Source of the DNA: a virus
Taxonomy: Duplodnaviria > Heunggongvirae > Uroviricota > Caudoviricetes
Virus record (IMG/VR): IMGVR_UViG_3300050011_000047
Span: 14,132 to 78,131 of that record
Direction: 5' to 3' (one strand)
DNA: 64,000 nucleotides
The position numbers and the translations under genes were made by a program. Below the pieces are notes generated by a model that was not told the origin of the DNA, did no database searches, and worked only from the letters and a program-made list of their open reading frames with translations. This document shows, piece by piece, positions 19,034 to 29,700 of the stretch (its first letter is position 1; every line of letters begins with the position of its first letter).

Positions 19034-20158
19034 ATGCGCCTGCATCTTGTCTCGCTCCCACACACTGAAACGACCTCGGAGTACATGACCTGCGCCTACA
19101 CGCAGAAGGTGGTCAAGTTCTCGAAGATGATGGTCGAACAGGGGCACGAGGTCTTCCTCTACGCGGGCACGCGCAACGAAGCCATCTGCTCGGAGCACAT
19201 CGAGGTCATCACCGAGGAGGAGCGGCTCGGGTGGTACGGCAAGTGGGACACGAACAAACCACCGGACGTGGATTGGTCACCCGATCAACTTCCATGGGGC
19301 GTCATGGCTGCACGCACTGTTCGCTCGATCAAGAAGCGCCGTGAACCGGGCGACATTCTCTGTATGGTCGCAGGTTGGTCGCAGCAGGCTATTTCCAAGG
19401 CGCTCCCGCAGTTGCTTCCTCTTGAGTGGGCTGTCGGCTACGAGGGCATCCACCACCAATACCGCGTGTTCGAGTCGTATGCGTGGATGCACCACGTCTA
19501 CGGACTCACCGGCAACAAGGGATGGGACTACAACACAATCGCCTATGACACGGTGATCCCCAACTTCTTCGACCCCGTGGACTTCCACACCGCGCCGGAC
19601 AAGGACGACTACCTCCTGTTCATCGGCAGGCTTGTTCGACGCAAGGGGCCAGACGCAGCCGCACGCATCGCTGCGCTCACAGGACGCAAACTCATCGTGG
19701 CCGGGCCGGGTGCGAAGGCGCTCATGCCGGGGCGGATCATTGCCGAGGATGTCGTCATCGAGGGCGATGTTGAGTACGTGGGTGCAGTAGGCGCGGACGA
19801 ACGTGCCGAACTCATGTCCCGCGCGGCAGCGTGCATTGTGCCGACGCTGTACGTCGAACCGTTCGGCGGCGTGGCGGTCGAGGCGATGATGTGCGGCACG
19901 CCCGTCGTCGCGACTGATTGGGGCGCGTTCCCGGAGACGGTGCAGACGGGCATCTCGGGCTACCGCTTCCGCACGCTGCGCGAGGGCGCACGCGCAGTCG
20001 AGAAGGCAGTCCTCCTCGATACACAGGCCGTGTCGGACTACGCCCATCGGCGGTACAGCATCGACGCCGTAGGCCCGATGTTCTCGGAGCACTTCGAGCG
20101 CCTTCAAGAACTGTGGGACGAAGGCGGGTGGTTCGCATCGCGGTCTTTGACGGACTGA
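19034..20158 (+). CDS. glycosyltransferase family 1 (GT4-like) embedded among tail-fibre genes
   Basis: ...FIGRLVRRKGPD...LIVAGPG...EPFGGVAVEAMMCGTPVVATDWGAFPETVQTGISGYRF is a GT4 C-terminal signature. Confidence 0.6.
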   Translation: MRLHLVSLPHTETTSEYMTCAYTQKVVKFSKMMVEQGHEVFLYAGTRNEAICSEHIEVITEEERLGWYGKWDTNKPPDVDWSPDQLPWGVMAARTVRSIKKRREPGDILCMVAGWSQQAISKALPQLLPLEWAVGYEGIHHQYRVFESYAWMHHVYGLTGNKGWDYNTIAYDTVIPNFFDPVDFHTAPDKDDYLLFIGRLVRRKGPDAAARIAALTGRKLIVAGPGAKALMPGRIIAEDVVIEGDVEYVGAVGADERAELMSRAAACIVPTLYVEPFGGVAVEAMMCGTPVVATDWGAFPETVQTGISGYRFRTLREGARAVEKAVLLDTQAVSDYAHRRYSIDAVGPMFSEHFERLQELWDEGGWFASRSLTD

Positions 20159-21624
20159 TTGATTGGTGGGCATTCGGTGACGCTGCCGACGTGCTCGCCG
20201 CTGCACCGGACAACGGAGGATTCCCCGGATCGGATGCGGTGTTCTCCGATAACATCGCTCGCTTCGGCCTGACCCCACACGACGGGCTCTACACGAACGG
20301 CGGGTTCGGGTACCAAGGCGATCAAATCATCGGTATCAATGATGTCGAGCCCGGAGCGCCGTGGGCCTGCCGGTACGACAAGAAGGCGCTCGTGCAGAAT
20401 CTTGCACCAACTGGCCCTGCGTGGGACTCCGCAATACACTACGTCTTTGGCGATCTTGTGACCTACCTCAGTATCGTCTATCGTTGCATCGCAGCGAACA
20501 CAAACGTTGTACCAACGAACGCGGCCTACTGGCGCAGGATGCCGAGCGCCGGAAGCATCGACCCCGCCTCAGGTTGGGGCGGATTCTCCGGCCTCGTTGA
20601 TACGACGACGCCGACGGAGTTCTCGTTCAACATTTGGGCGAAGCCTACACCGAACGGCTACTTCATATCGCGCTCGGGTGCATTGATGTTGACGTACCTC
20701 TGCGGTGATGTGCAAGCAACTCCGGGCTCGGAGCGCGGATGGGCGATCACTGCCAACTACACCGGCACACCGCTCGGTTTCAACCCCAATAGTGGGTTCT
20801 TCCAACTGCGCTCCAAGAGTGGTGCGACGATCATGCCGAACTTGAGTCTCGGCTCCTTTCGCTATCTCGGTGATGGTTCGACAGATTGGGTGATGCTGAC
20901 CATCACGTATGACAGTACGACGGTCAAGTGCTATCAGTCATTCACAGTCGCGGGCTTCGGCTTCGTCACCACGCTCACGGACTCGTTGGTGACGGACTTC
21001 CATATCAACTCGCAGATTTGCTTCGGAGCACGGAACAACACCGGGCCTGACGACGGCTTGTTCTCCTCGCCATTCAACGGCGCGTTCGATGAGGCGCTCA
21101 TGTGGAATCGCGCACTCACTGCCGATGAGGTCAACGCGATCCCTACGGCGTGCAACGGGAGCACGAAAGGTAAGGCCCGCTTCACCGCAGTGCAGCCCGA
21201 AACACACAAGTTGTTCACGCACGCGAAGGTGATGCGCGGGGCGCTCGGTACGACCGTCGCGTGGGATGTCGCGGGGCTCTACACCGAGCCCGGCGAGCCG
21301 GTGGGCAGCGCGGTCACGGGTGGCCTGTTCCAAACCGTGTGGTTCAAGTGGACGGCCCCGGCCTCCGGCCCGATCACGTTCATCACGGCGGACTCCTCCC
21401 CCGGCGATGTCTACTCGCAGTCCCCCGGCGAGGCATCGAAACTGTGGAGCACCCTCACCGTGTGGACGGGCACTTCGCTCGGGGGCCTCACCGAAATCGT
21501 CTCCGTGGATGACTCTGCCGTCCACCCGGCGACCTTCACGGCGGTGGCCGGGACGGAGTATCTGATTCAGATCGGAACGGGCAAGACCGGCGAGAACGGC
21601 AAGGCATCTCTCGCATGGGGCTAA
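20128..21624 (+). CDS. LamG/concanavalin-like lectin-fold minor tail protein
   Basis: Ser/Thr/Gly-rich beta-rich sequence typical of phage LamG-like minor tail proteins (inference). Start GTG 20128 is inferred and overlaps the GT 3' end. Confidence 0.4.
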   Translation: MVRIAVFDGLIDWWAFGDAADVLAAAPDNGGFPGSDAVFSDNIARFGLTPHDGLYTNGGFGYQGDQIIGINDVEPGAPWACRYDKKALVQNLAPTGPAWDSAIHYVFGDLVTYLSIVYRCIAANTNVVPTNAAYWRRMPSAGSIDPASGWGGFSGLVDTTTPTEFSFNIWAKPTPNGYFISRSGALMLTYLCGDVQATPGSERGWAITANYTGTPLGFNPNSGFFQLRSKSGATIMPNLSLGSFRYLGDGSTDWVMLTITYDSTTVKCYQSFTVAGFGFVTTLTDSLVTDFHINSQICFGARNNTGPDDGLFSSPFNGAFDEALMWNRALTADEVNAIPTACNGSTKGKARFTAVQPETHKLFTHAKVMRGALGTTVAWDVAGLYTEPGEPVGSAVTGGLFQTVWFKWTAPASGPITFITADSSPGDVYSQSPGEASKLWSTLTVWTGTSLGGLTEIVSVDDSAVHPATFTAVAGTEYLIQIGTGKTGENGKASLAWG

Positions 21625-21709
21625 ATCAGCCCGCCCGGCACGTCCTGTAAGCCCCTCTAGCCCTCATAGCGCCGACGCGGGCGCTCACACCCGCGTGGAT
21701 GCTCCGGGC

Positions 21710-21976
21710 TTAGGAGGGCTCCTGTGGCCTCGCAGCGATTCCGACGATCAGGCCGTTCGGCCCGTCCGCGATGCCCTCGACCACGACGTATCGGCTCACG
21801 CCGTCCTCACGCACGGCGAGCACGTCCCCGGCGGAGATGCGCGAGCCCGTGAGCGGCTGCTCGGCCTCCGGCGGAATGAACCTCAGGTTGTGAAGGGCGA
21901 TCATACGCAGGCTCCCCGAGATGCTCCACACGCCCCAGGCGAGGAAGAACAGGAGGGCGAAGAACGCAGTAGTCAT
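21710..21976 (-). CDS. small membrane protein (single N-terminal TM helix)
   Basis: MTTAFFALLFFLAWGVWSISG... followed by a soluble ~60-aa domain. Opposite strand, between the LamG gene and portal gene. Confidence 0.4.
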   Translation of the reverse strand: MTTAFFALLFFLAWGVWSISGSLRMIALHNLRFIPPEAEQPLTGSRISAGDVLAVREDGVSRYVVVEGIADGPNGLIVGIAARPQEPS

Positions 21977-22022
21977 GTCGTGAAGACTAGCACGTCGCGA
22001 TATAGGAAAAGGCGACGGCAGG

Positions 22023-22037
22023 TATACTCGTAGGGTG
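22023..22037 (+). promoter_or_regulatory. leaderless promoter: -10 TATACT, 6 nt, then GTG start of the portal gene
   Basis: ggTATACTcgtaggGTGgac has the same spacing and the same second codon (GAC) as the GATACT-N6-ATGGAC elements at 5676 and 30955. Confidence 0.35.
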
Positions 22038-23756
22038 GACGCACCCGATCCTAAGAAGGTACGCGCAGCCGTCGAAAAGGCCAAGGAGGGCTCCGACGGC
22101 AAGGTGCTCAAGGTACTCTACCTCGACGCGCAGGGTGAGCCCGCAGGCGATTGGGCCTCGACGCAGTTGCCCGAGAATCCGTGGGAGACTGTGCAGGCCA
22201 CCACGCAGTTGATCGAGCCCCCGTTCCCTATGGGGCAGTTGACCTTCCTCGCGGAGATGCACCCGGTGCATTCATCGGCGCTCGAACAGAAGGCAGCGGA
22301 CGTGTGCGGCAAGGGATGGGAATGGATCGCGGATGATCCCGATGTAGCAGACGAAGACCTCCGTGACGAGATGGAGGACTGGTTCCAGTCGCTTGCACCG
22401 GACGAGTTCGACATGCGCGAACTCGTCAACACCGCGTGGCTCGATGAGGAGACGACCGGGTGGGGACTGCTCGAATGCGCACGTGATCCGCAGGGAGTCG
22501 TGCAGCGGCTCTACCACGTGCCCGCGCACACGGTCAAGACGCACAAGAACGGGTTTGCTCTCTGCCAGGTGCGCGACTCGCGCAAGATGTGGTTCCGTAG
22601 GTGGGGCTCCACTGACATCGCCGGGAAGCCGGTCGAGGTCAACATGCGCAACGGCTCAATCACGAACGTGCCGGAGGATCAGCGCGCGAACGACCTTCTC
22701 GTCATCAAGCGCCCGTCGCGGCGATCCACGTGGTACGGCATCCCCGGCTACATCTCCGCAATCGGATGGATCACGCTCGCGCTCGCAGCACGCGATGACA
22801 ACCTGTACTTCTTCTCCAACCGCCGCGAGCCCCGTTGGGCGATCATCCTCACCGGTATGGCCGAGGATACCGAGATTGAGGAAGATCTCCGGCGCGCGTT
22901 CACCGTGGACATGAAGCAGCCGTACCGAAATGTCATGGTACCGGTCGCAGGCAAGGACGCGAAGGTCACCTTCCAAGAGTTGTCGTCCACGGCGAAGGAC
23001 GGCTCGTTCGGGAACCTCGGGGATCGCGCCGACAAGGCCATCATGGTCGCACACCGCGTGCCCGCCGAGCGTCTTGCGAACTCCCAGGTTGGCGCTCTCG
23101 GCGGCAACGTCGCGTCCGAGTCGAACCGCGTCTACAAGGAAGGCGTCGTCGCTCCCGCGCAGGAGGTTCTCAACTCGCGCCTCAATCGCTTCATCGCGGT
23201 CGAGTTTGCCAAGTACAAGAATCAGGAGTACAAGAAGGGCGACAAGTCGATGTGGCTTCTCAAGATGGATGACCTCGACATCCGCTCCGACCGCGAGGAC
23301 ATGGATCAGGCGCTCATCCTGTTCCACGGCGATATGATTACGCTCCGGGAAGCGCGTCATCGGCTCGGCCTCGGCCCACTCATGAAGCCGAAGCCGGTCG
23401 CACAGAAGAACCCGGATGGTACGCCGAAGACGAACCCTGACCCGATCACGGGTGAGCCGACGCAGGTCTTCGGCCCGCCGATCCCCGGCGTAGACGACGA
23501 GGAGAACCCGGCAGTGGACATCAACGGCAACCCCGTACCGCCTGAGGAAGTCGAGTCCGAGTTCAATGACATGTTGTTCTCGCAGTTGCCGGGCGCGAGC
23601 GGTCAGGCCGGGCTCCCCGGTGGCGCTCCGCCTACCGGCACCGGCAAGTTGACGCCGGAAGTGAACAAGGCGCTCGCGTCTGACGTGCGTGAACTGCTCC
23701 GTTCATCCTACGCGACACATGATCGTATCGCGCGGATGGCCGGAGATGACGGCTAG
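22035..23756 (+). CDS. portal protein
   Basis: 573 aa with an acidic C-terminus, immediately upstream of and overlapping a MuF-like gene (canonical portal-MuF pairing). Assignment is by size and context. Confidence 0.55.
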   Translation: MDAPDPKKVRAAVEKAKEGSDGKVLKVLYLDAQGEPAGDWASTQLPENPWETVQATTQLIEPPFPMGQLTFLAEMHPVHSSALEQKAADVCGKGWEWIADDPDVADEDLRDEMEDWFQSLAPDEFDMRELVNTAWLDEETTGWGLLECARDPQGVVQRLYHVPAHTVKTHKNGFALCQVRDSRKMWFRRWGSTDIAGKPVEVNMRNGSITNVPEDQRANDLLVIKRPSRRSTWYGIPGYISAIGWITLALAARDDNLYFFSNRREPRWAIILTGMAEDTEIEEDLRRAFTVDMKQPYRNVMVPVAGKDAKVTFQELSSTAKDGSFGNLGDRADKAIMVAHRVPAERLANSQVGALGGNVASESNRVYKEGVVAPAQEVLNSRLNRFIAVEFAKYKNQEYKKGDKSMWLLKMDDLDIRSDREDMDQALILFHGDMITLREARHRLGLGPLMKPKPVAQKNPDGTPKTNPDPITGEPTQVFGPPIPGVDDEENPAVDINGNPVPPEEVESEFNDMLFSQLPGASGQAGLPGGAPPTGTGKLTPEVNKALASDVRELLRSSYATHDRIARMAGDDG

Positions 23757-26700
23757 CGCACTAGACCTCTCCGCCGAGCATCTCCGTCAGGTCGAGGAGT
23801 TGTACCTTCGCATCCGCGAGGCGGGGATCGAAGCCGACGCAGGCAGTGATGATCTTCTCGCACTCTCGCGCGAGCACAAGCGGCGCGTGAAGCATCTGTT
23901 CCTCGCGGTCGAGAAGATGCGGCGCAGCCCGCACCGGCAGGCCGTCCATGAGAAGTCGCACGCGCAGCGGCTCGCGCTTGAGCAGGTGTGGACGCAGCGG
24001 CTCCGGCTCCTCTCCGACCATCTCGTCAACGGCTTCGACATCGACGGGGCCTACGAGGTAGCCCGGCGGGCGTGGGTCACCCCGGCGGACGAGCCCCACG
24101 ACGGCATCTACGTGGACGAGCATGCGCCGGGGCGGCTCAAGAAGGCTCTCACGCCGCCGAAGAAGTCTGACCTCTCGGTGGTCGAGCACTGGCCCGGCAA
24201 GCGCGGGACGGCGGCTCGACTTGCGCTCAAGAGGGCGGCGACTACCGAGGGCGTCGAGGCGCTCGTGCTCCGCGACTCGACCGGCAACCCGATTGCCGTC
24301 GCAGCGGTCAAGGCGAGCCCCGGCGACCTGCACGTGGAGTTCCTTGCATCCGAGCCCGGCAAGGGCGCACAGATGATGCAGGAGTTGGCGAAGGTGGCGA
24401 AGAAGACCGGCTCCGGGCTCTCCCTGTTCTCTGTCCCCGAGGCGGCGCAGTTCTACGATGGGATCGGGATGGCGGCAGGCGACCGCGCCGGGCAGTACAT
24501 CATGACCCCTGCGCAGACGGCGGCATTCGCGGTGACCGGCGGCATTCTTCCTCCGGCGGGCTCGAAGGCGGCGGGTATGACCAAAACCGAGCAGGCAGGT
24601 GTGCAGCAGTTGATGCTCAACGCGATCCAGTCGAGCGGGACACCTGGCAGCGCCGACGTGAAGCGGGCACTCTCATCGGTCGAGAATCAGGCAGCATGGG
24701 AGCGCGGCGCGGCGACGCAGTACCTCGGGCTCGCGGTGCAGACGGCGGAGCAGGCCGGGCAGGTGGCGCTCGATCATCTCGGACTCCACAAGACGTTCGA
24801 GTTCGCGAACCCGCAGACGATGGTGGGCGACGCGACGGCGGTGCGCGGCTCGAAGGTGATTCAGTCCATGTACGGGGCGCACGTCGATGCGCTTACGAAC
24901 ATCATCACGGACGCCACTAACCCGGCAGCGCCGCAAACCATCGCGCAAGTCAAGGCGTCGATCCGCGAGCAGTGGCCGAAGTTGCAGACGTATCAGGTCG
25001 AGCGGATCGCACGCACGGAGACGGCGGCGGTGTGGATGTCCACGAGCGCGAACGCCTACGCGGCGAACGGCATCTCGCAGTTCGAGACTATCGTCGCCAC
25101 CGGCCCAAGCATCGGCGTCGAGAGCGAAGACCCGTGCGACGAGTGTGTGGCGGCGGCAGAGGACGTGCACTCGCTCGATGACGACCTCCCGCCGTGGCAC
25201 CCAAATGCGGTGCTTGGAGGTTCTACGTTTCTATCTTACGGTGAACCGCTCGAAGCGGTTCGTGCGCGCTACCGTGGCCTTTCCGTACTCATCCGTGCGG
25301 GGGAGCACGTGCTTACCATCGGGCCTAACCACCCGGTGATGACCCGGCGCGGGATGGTGCCTGCAAATCAGATTCGCGAAGGTGACGAGTTGGTCTACGA
25401 CAGACGCGCTAATCGGCAGGAAGGCGCGATACGCGCTATCACATCGGACATCGAAGACGTGCCACTCGTCGAGGATGCGTTCACGGCGCTCCTGTCTACG
25501 GGCACGTATGCGACCGTTCCCGTGACCCCCGATGATCTCCACTGCGACGGGGTATTCTGCGAGGGCGAAGTCGATGTTGTAAGGCCCGACGGCAACCTGC
25601 TGGCGGTACTCGATCCCCGAGGCATCAAGGAGATGCGCGAAGTCGCGTTCGAGGCTTCCAGCGCCGAGTACCCTCAACTCTCTCGTTTTCGCGCGAGCCT
25701 CACGCCGAGAGAGCGGGTCGATGTTTCCACGTCGAGCCTCGTGGCAGGCCATGAATCGCTTAGGTTTATTCGAGTCATTCATGTGGACTTTGTGGACTTC
25801 GAGGGATGGGCGTTCGATTTCTCGGTACAGGGTGGGATGTATCTCAGTAATGGCTTTATGGTATCAAACTGTCGATGCGAGGCCGTGCCGGTACTGGAGG
25901 ACACGGACGGCACGCCATGGCTTCCGCCGGACGAACCGTGGACGGGCGGCGGCGACGGCTCCGGTGACATGGCACCGGGCACATTGTTCGAGCCGATGCC
26001 TCCACCGGAGCAACTCGCGATGGAGTTTGCGCCGGGCACGGTTGCGCCGTCGGCGGACATCTTGCTCAAAGGCTCGCTTGCGCAGCAGACGGTGCAGGAA
26101 GAACTCGGCAACATCGGGCGCGTGCATCAAATCCCCGATCACGTTGATGTGCCTTCGGTCAAGGGCGCGGTACACAACTCCTACTCACCCGATGAGAACC
26201 GCATCTTCCTCAATCCTCGTCCCGCCGAAGGCGAGTATCTCAAGGGCACGAGCGTTGTTCACGAGTACGGGCACTTCGTGCAAGAGCAGCGTGTCGTCTC
26301 AATGAACGATCAGATTGCCGTGTCCGATATGGCCGAGGCCACGCCGGAGTGGGCGTCGTTCGAGCGGTACGACCAACAACCGAACGAGTTGTTCTCCCGC
26401 GTGTATCAGCAGTGGATCGCAACCAAGAACGCGGACGAAGTGAAGTTGGCGTTCTACAAGGCGCAAGGCAAGTTTTGGTCACCCGAGTCGTTCAAGCCTC
26501 TCGGCGCGAAGATGGATGAGGTCTTCGCTCCGCTCATGAAGCCGAAGTTCCCGGACGGCTCACCCAAACTCCCGGAGAAGACGCCCGACGCAGCGCCCGC
26601 ACCGAAGGCGGAGGAGTTCCCCGCACCACTCGTGATCGACGCTGCGACGTGGACTGAGAAGAAGGTAATCGAGACACTCGCGCCGTTCGAGGGACGCACC

Positions 26701-29700
26701 GTTCGCCTGACGGGCCAGGGGTTCAAGGGGCACGAGTACACGATGGAGGGCGAGTACAAGTTCGACAAGGAATCAGGCTACCCGCTCGTTGGGGATCGCA
26801 CCATCGGCACCGGCACGGACATGGTGCACGTCGAAGTGCAAGACTCCGGCGGCGCGTGGCACACGATTGCGGAGAAGCCGTTGTCCGAGCGTGCGCCGGT
26901 CGAGCCCGAGCCGACGTTCTCGAAGCCCGACGCACTCCCCACGTATTCGGGCAAGACCGTGGAACTGTCCGAGCGGTACAAACTCAAGGTGCCGAACAAG
27001 GAGTTGAAGGCGTCGGTCACGACGGCGCTCGATGACATCGCGAGCCGGATTAAACTCCCGGAGGAAGCACGCCCTGTGGACGTTACGCCGGGCTCCGGCA
27101 TGTCGTCAAACTTCACGCCCGCAGGTGTGCAGCGCGGTGTTGTCAAGGGTGCACGCATTCGTATCTCCACGAATCGCGGTACGCAATCGCATTTCGACCG
27201 CATCGACTCGACCTATCATGAATACGGGCACTACCTCGATTGGACGGGCCTTGGCGGCGCGGATGGTTGGGCGGGCACGCGGTACGGCTCCGAGTACGCA
27301 GCCGACATGAAACCGCTCATGCAGGCGTTCTTCGACTCGCCCGAGTACAAGCAGTGGCGCGACATCTACTCCGGTAAGTTCAAGCCCGGTGAGGGTGTCT
27401 ACGCGCCCAAGAGTCATGCTCGCTACATGAAGTCGAACGTCGAGTTGTTCGCTCGCGGCTTCGCGCAGTACATGTCCGAGGTCACTGGCAACGCGGAGTA
27501 CCGCGCGTTCGTGGCCGATCACGTCCCGCTTGAGAAGGGCGGGTGGTATTGGACGCCGGAGAACTTCGCGCCGATCAAGGACGAGTTCGACAGGTTGTTT
27601 GAGAAGCGAGGTCTACTCAAGGAGACGCCACCCGCGCCCGAGCCGTTGCCCGCACCTACACCCGAGCCCCTCGCGCCGGAGACGCCCGCGTTCGCGCCCA
27701 AGGAGCCGCTCACGCAAGATCAGCAGTTGGCCGTCAACGACTACACCGGCAGAGGCGGCGAGGGGCAGGAGGGCTACCTACGCACGAACCGTTGGCTCCG
27801 TGGGCTCAAGCAGACACACGGCGACCCGCTCGCGACGATCAAGAACCGCGTCGAGCATCTCGATGCAGCCATCGAGAGCGCGGCCCCGCTCGCGACGCCG
27901 ACGACCGTGTGGCGCGGTATCGGTAACTCTGAGTTCTATGGTGGCGGCGGCACGCTCAAGGTCGGTCAAGTGATCGAAGACCCGGCCTACCTCTCGACCT
28001 CTTCGACGCCGAAACTTCCGACCTCGTGGGCGGGCACTCACGGCGACCTGTGGGAAATCAAACTGCCGAAGGGGATGAAGGGCCTCGACGTGAACGCGGC
28101 CCTCAAGGACACACCCTACGGCCCACACGGGCTCGATCCGGCCACGACCAAGGAGGGCGAGATTATCCTCCCACGCAACACGCGCCTCGTGGTGGACGCG
28201 ATCAAGGAGCGTGTCACGACATACCCGAACGGGAACCGCGTGGTCGCACACGACGTTACAGCGCACGTGGAGAGCATCCCCGAGTTGCGCCCGCCGACGC
28301 CGGTCAAGGAGAACATCCCCGATCCGAACCCGGCAACTCCGCCACCGCCCCCGCCTCCGCCCCCGCCTCCGCCACCGGCACCCACTCCGGTGCATCCGAC
28401 GACTCCCGAGGCAACACCGGCCTCCACGACGAACAACCCGCCCCTCCCCGAGTGGCACGACTTCACGACGCCCTCCGGGCTCGAAGCCGGGCTCGCACAC
28501 TACGAGGGCAAGCAGGTGCGTCTGACGTTCACGTTCCCGAGCGGAGCAACTAAGAAGTTCACCGGGCTCGTTGAGCGCAACTCACGCGGGCAGATGATGG
28601 TGGATCGTTCGACGTTCCGCGAGTCAGCCGTCCCGAACATCACGGGCGTCGAGGTCAAGGTCGGCAGTCGCTTCAAGCCGTGGAAGGAATACGAGCGTAT
28701 GACGCCCGAGCAGCAGAATCCCGCGCCTCCGAAGCAGCGCACGGCATCCGGTTCGTCAGAGAAGCCGGTACCCGAGGGCGGTTACACGTTCCCGGACAAC
28801 GTACCGAGCGGTGTCCTCGGTGACGTACCGGCAACGCCGATCTTCGAGAACGTCGCGCATGCACAGGCGTTCGCAGAGAGGTACCTCGCACGTGAGGTCT
28901 ACCTCGGAAAGAACCCGGAACTCAAGGGCGTGCAAGAGGCGCTCGATGCGATGGCGCAAGTGCTGCGCCCGTTCGACTTGAAGATCGAGCGGTTGCAGGT
29001 CGAGCATGATCCGCGCTCCTCGGGGCTCGCGTACTACTCCTCGAATGCCACGAAGAAGATGCTCATTGACGGCAAGAAGCAGTATTGGTCAGGCGAACTC
29101 ATCCGCGCGCAGGCGCAGTTGTTCTCGAAGTCCAAGGCGGCGGCGGTGGGTGACAACCAAGCAGTGTTCGAGGCGAACAAGGCGAAGGAGATTCGCACGC
29201 GCGAGGACTGGATCGCACAGGCGGAAGAACGCCACACGTCACCCGAGAAGATCGCGCAGTACCGTCGTGAGATTGCCAACTTGGAAGCGGCGAAGCGGTG
29301 GTACATCGCGGCGGTTGATGGCGGTGCTGACGCCACCAAGGCGTTCATGTCGCACGAGGCTGCGCACATGCTCTCGCGTAACTTCGGACATGAAATCGCC
29401 GGAGTCAGCATCACGGAGGCGGGGCTCGCGCCGATCTTCACCACGCGACTTGAGTTGCACGGCGTCACGCAGGAGGAGCGTTGGTCAGTCTCGCAATACG
29501 GCGCGAGCGGCGACAAGGCGCGACAGGCTCAAAACTCGGAGTTGTTCGCAGAGGTTACGGCGGCGAAGATCAGCGGGCACTATGACCTCGTGCCCCTCAA
29601 CATCCGCGAGGCATACGAGGAGACGCTCGGCTACATCACGCAGGCTGACATCGAGGCGAAGGCAGCGGCGAACAAGGCCCGAGATGCGGCGGTCGAGGCG

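Noticed and set aside
21710-21976. Membrane protein as an NfeD-like partner of the SPFH protein
   Set aside because: The C-terminal domain lacks the GE.W.A motif of NfeD beta-barrels and lies 10 kb from the SPFH gene. Noted only as a weak possibility.
22035-23756. Alternative reading of the 573-aa protein as a tail/baseplate component, given its position after the tail genes
   Set aside because: It immediately precedes and overlaps a protein with an unmistakable Mu-F motif. Portal-MuF adjacency is near-universal, so portal is retained at moderate confidence.
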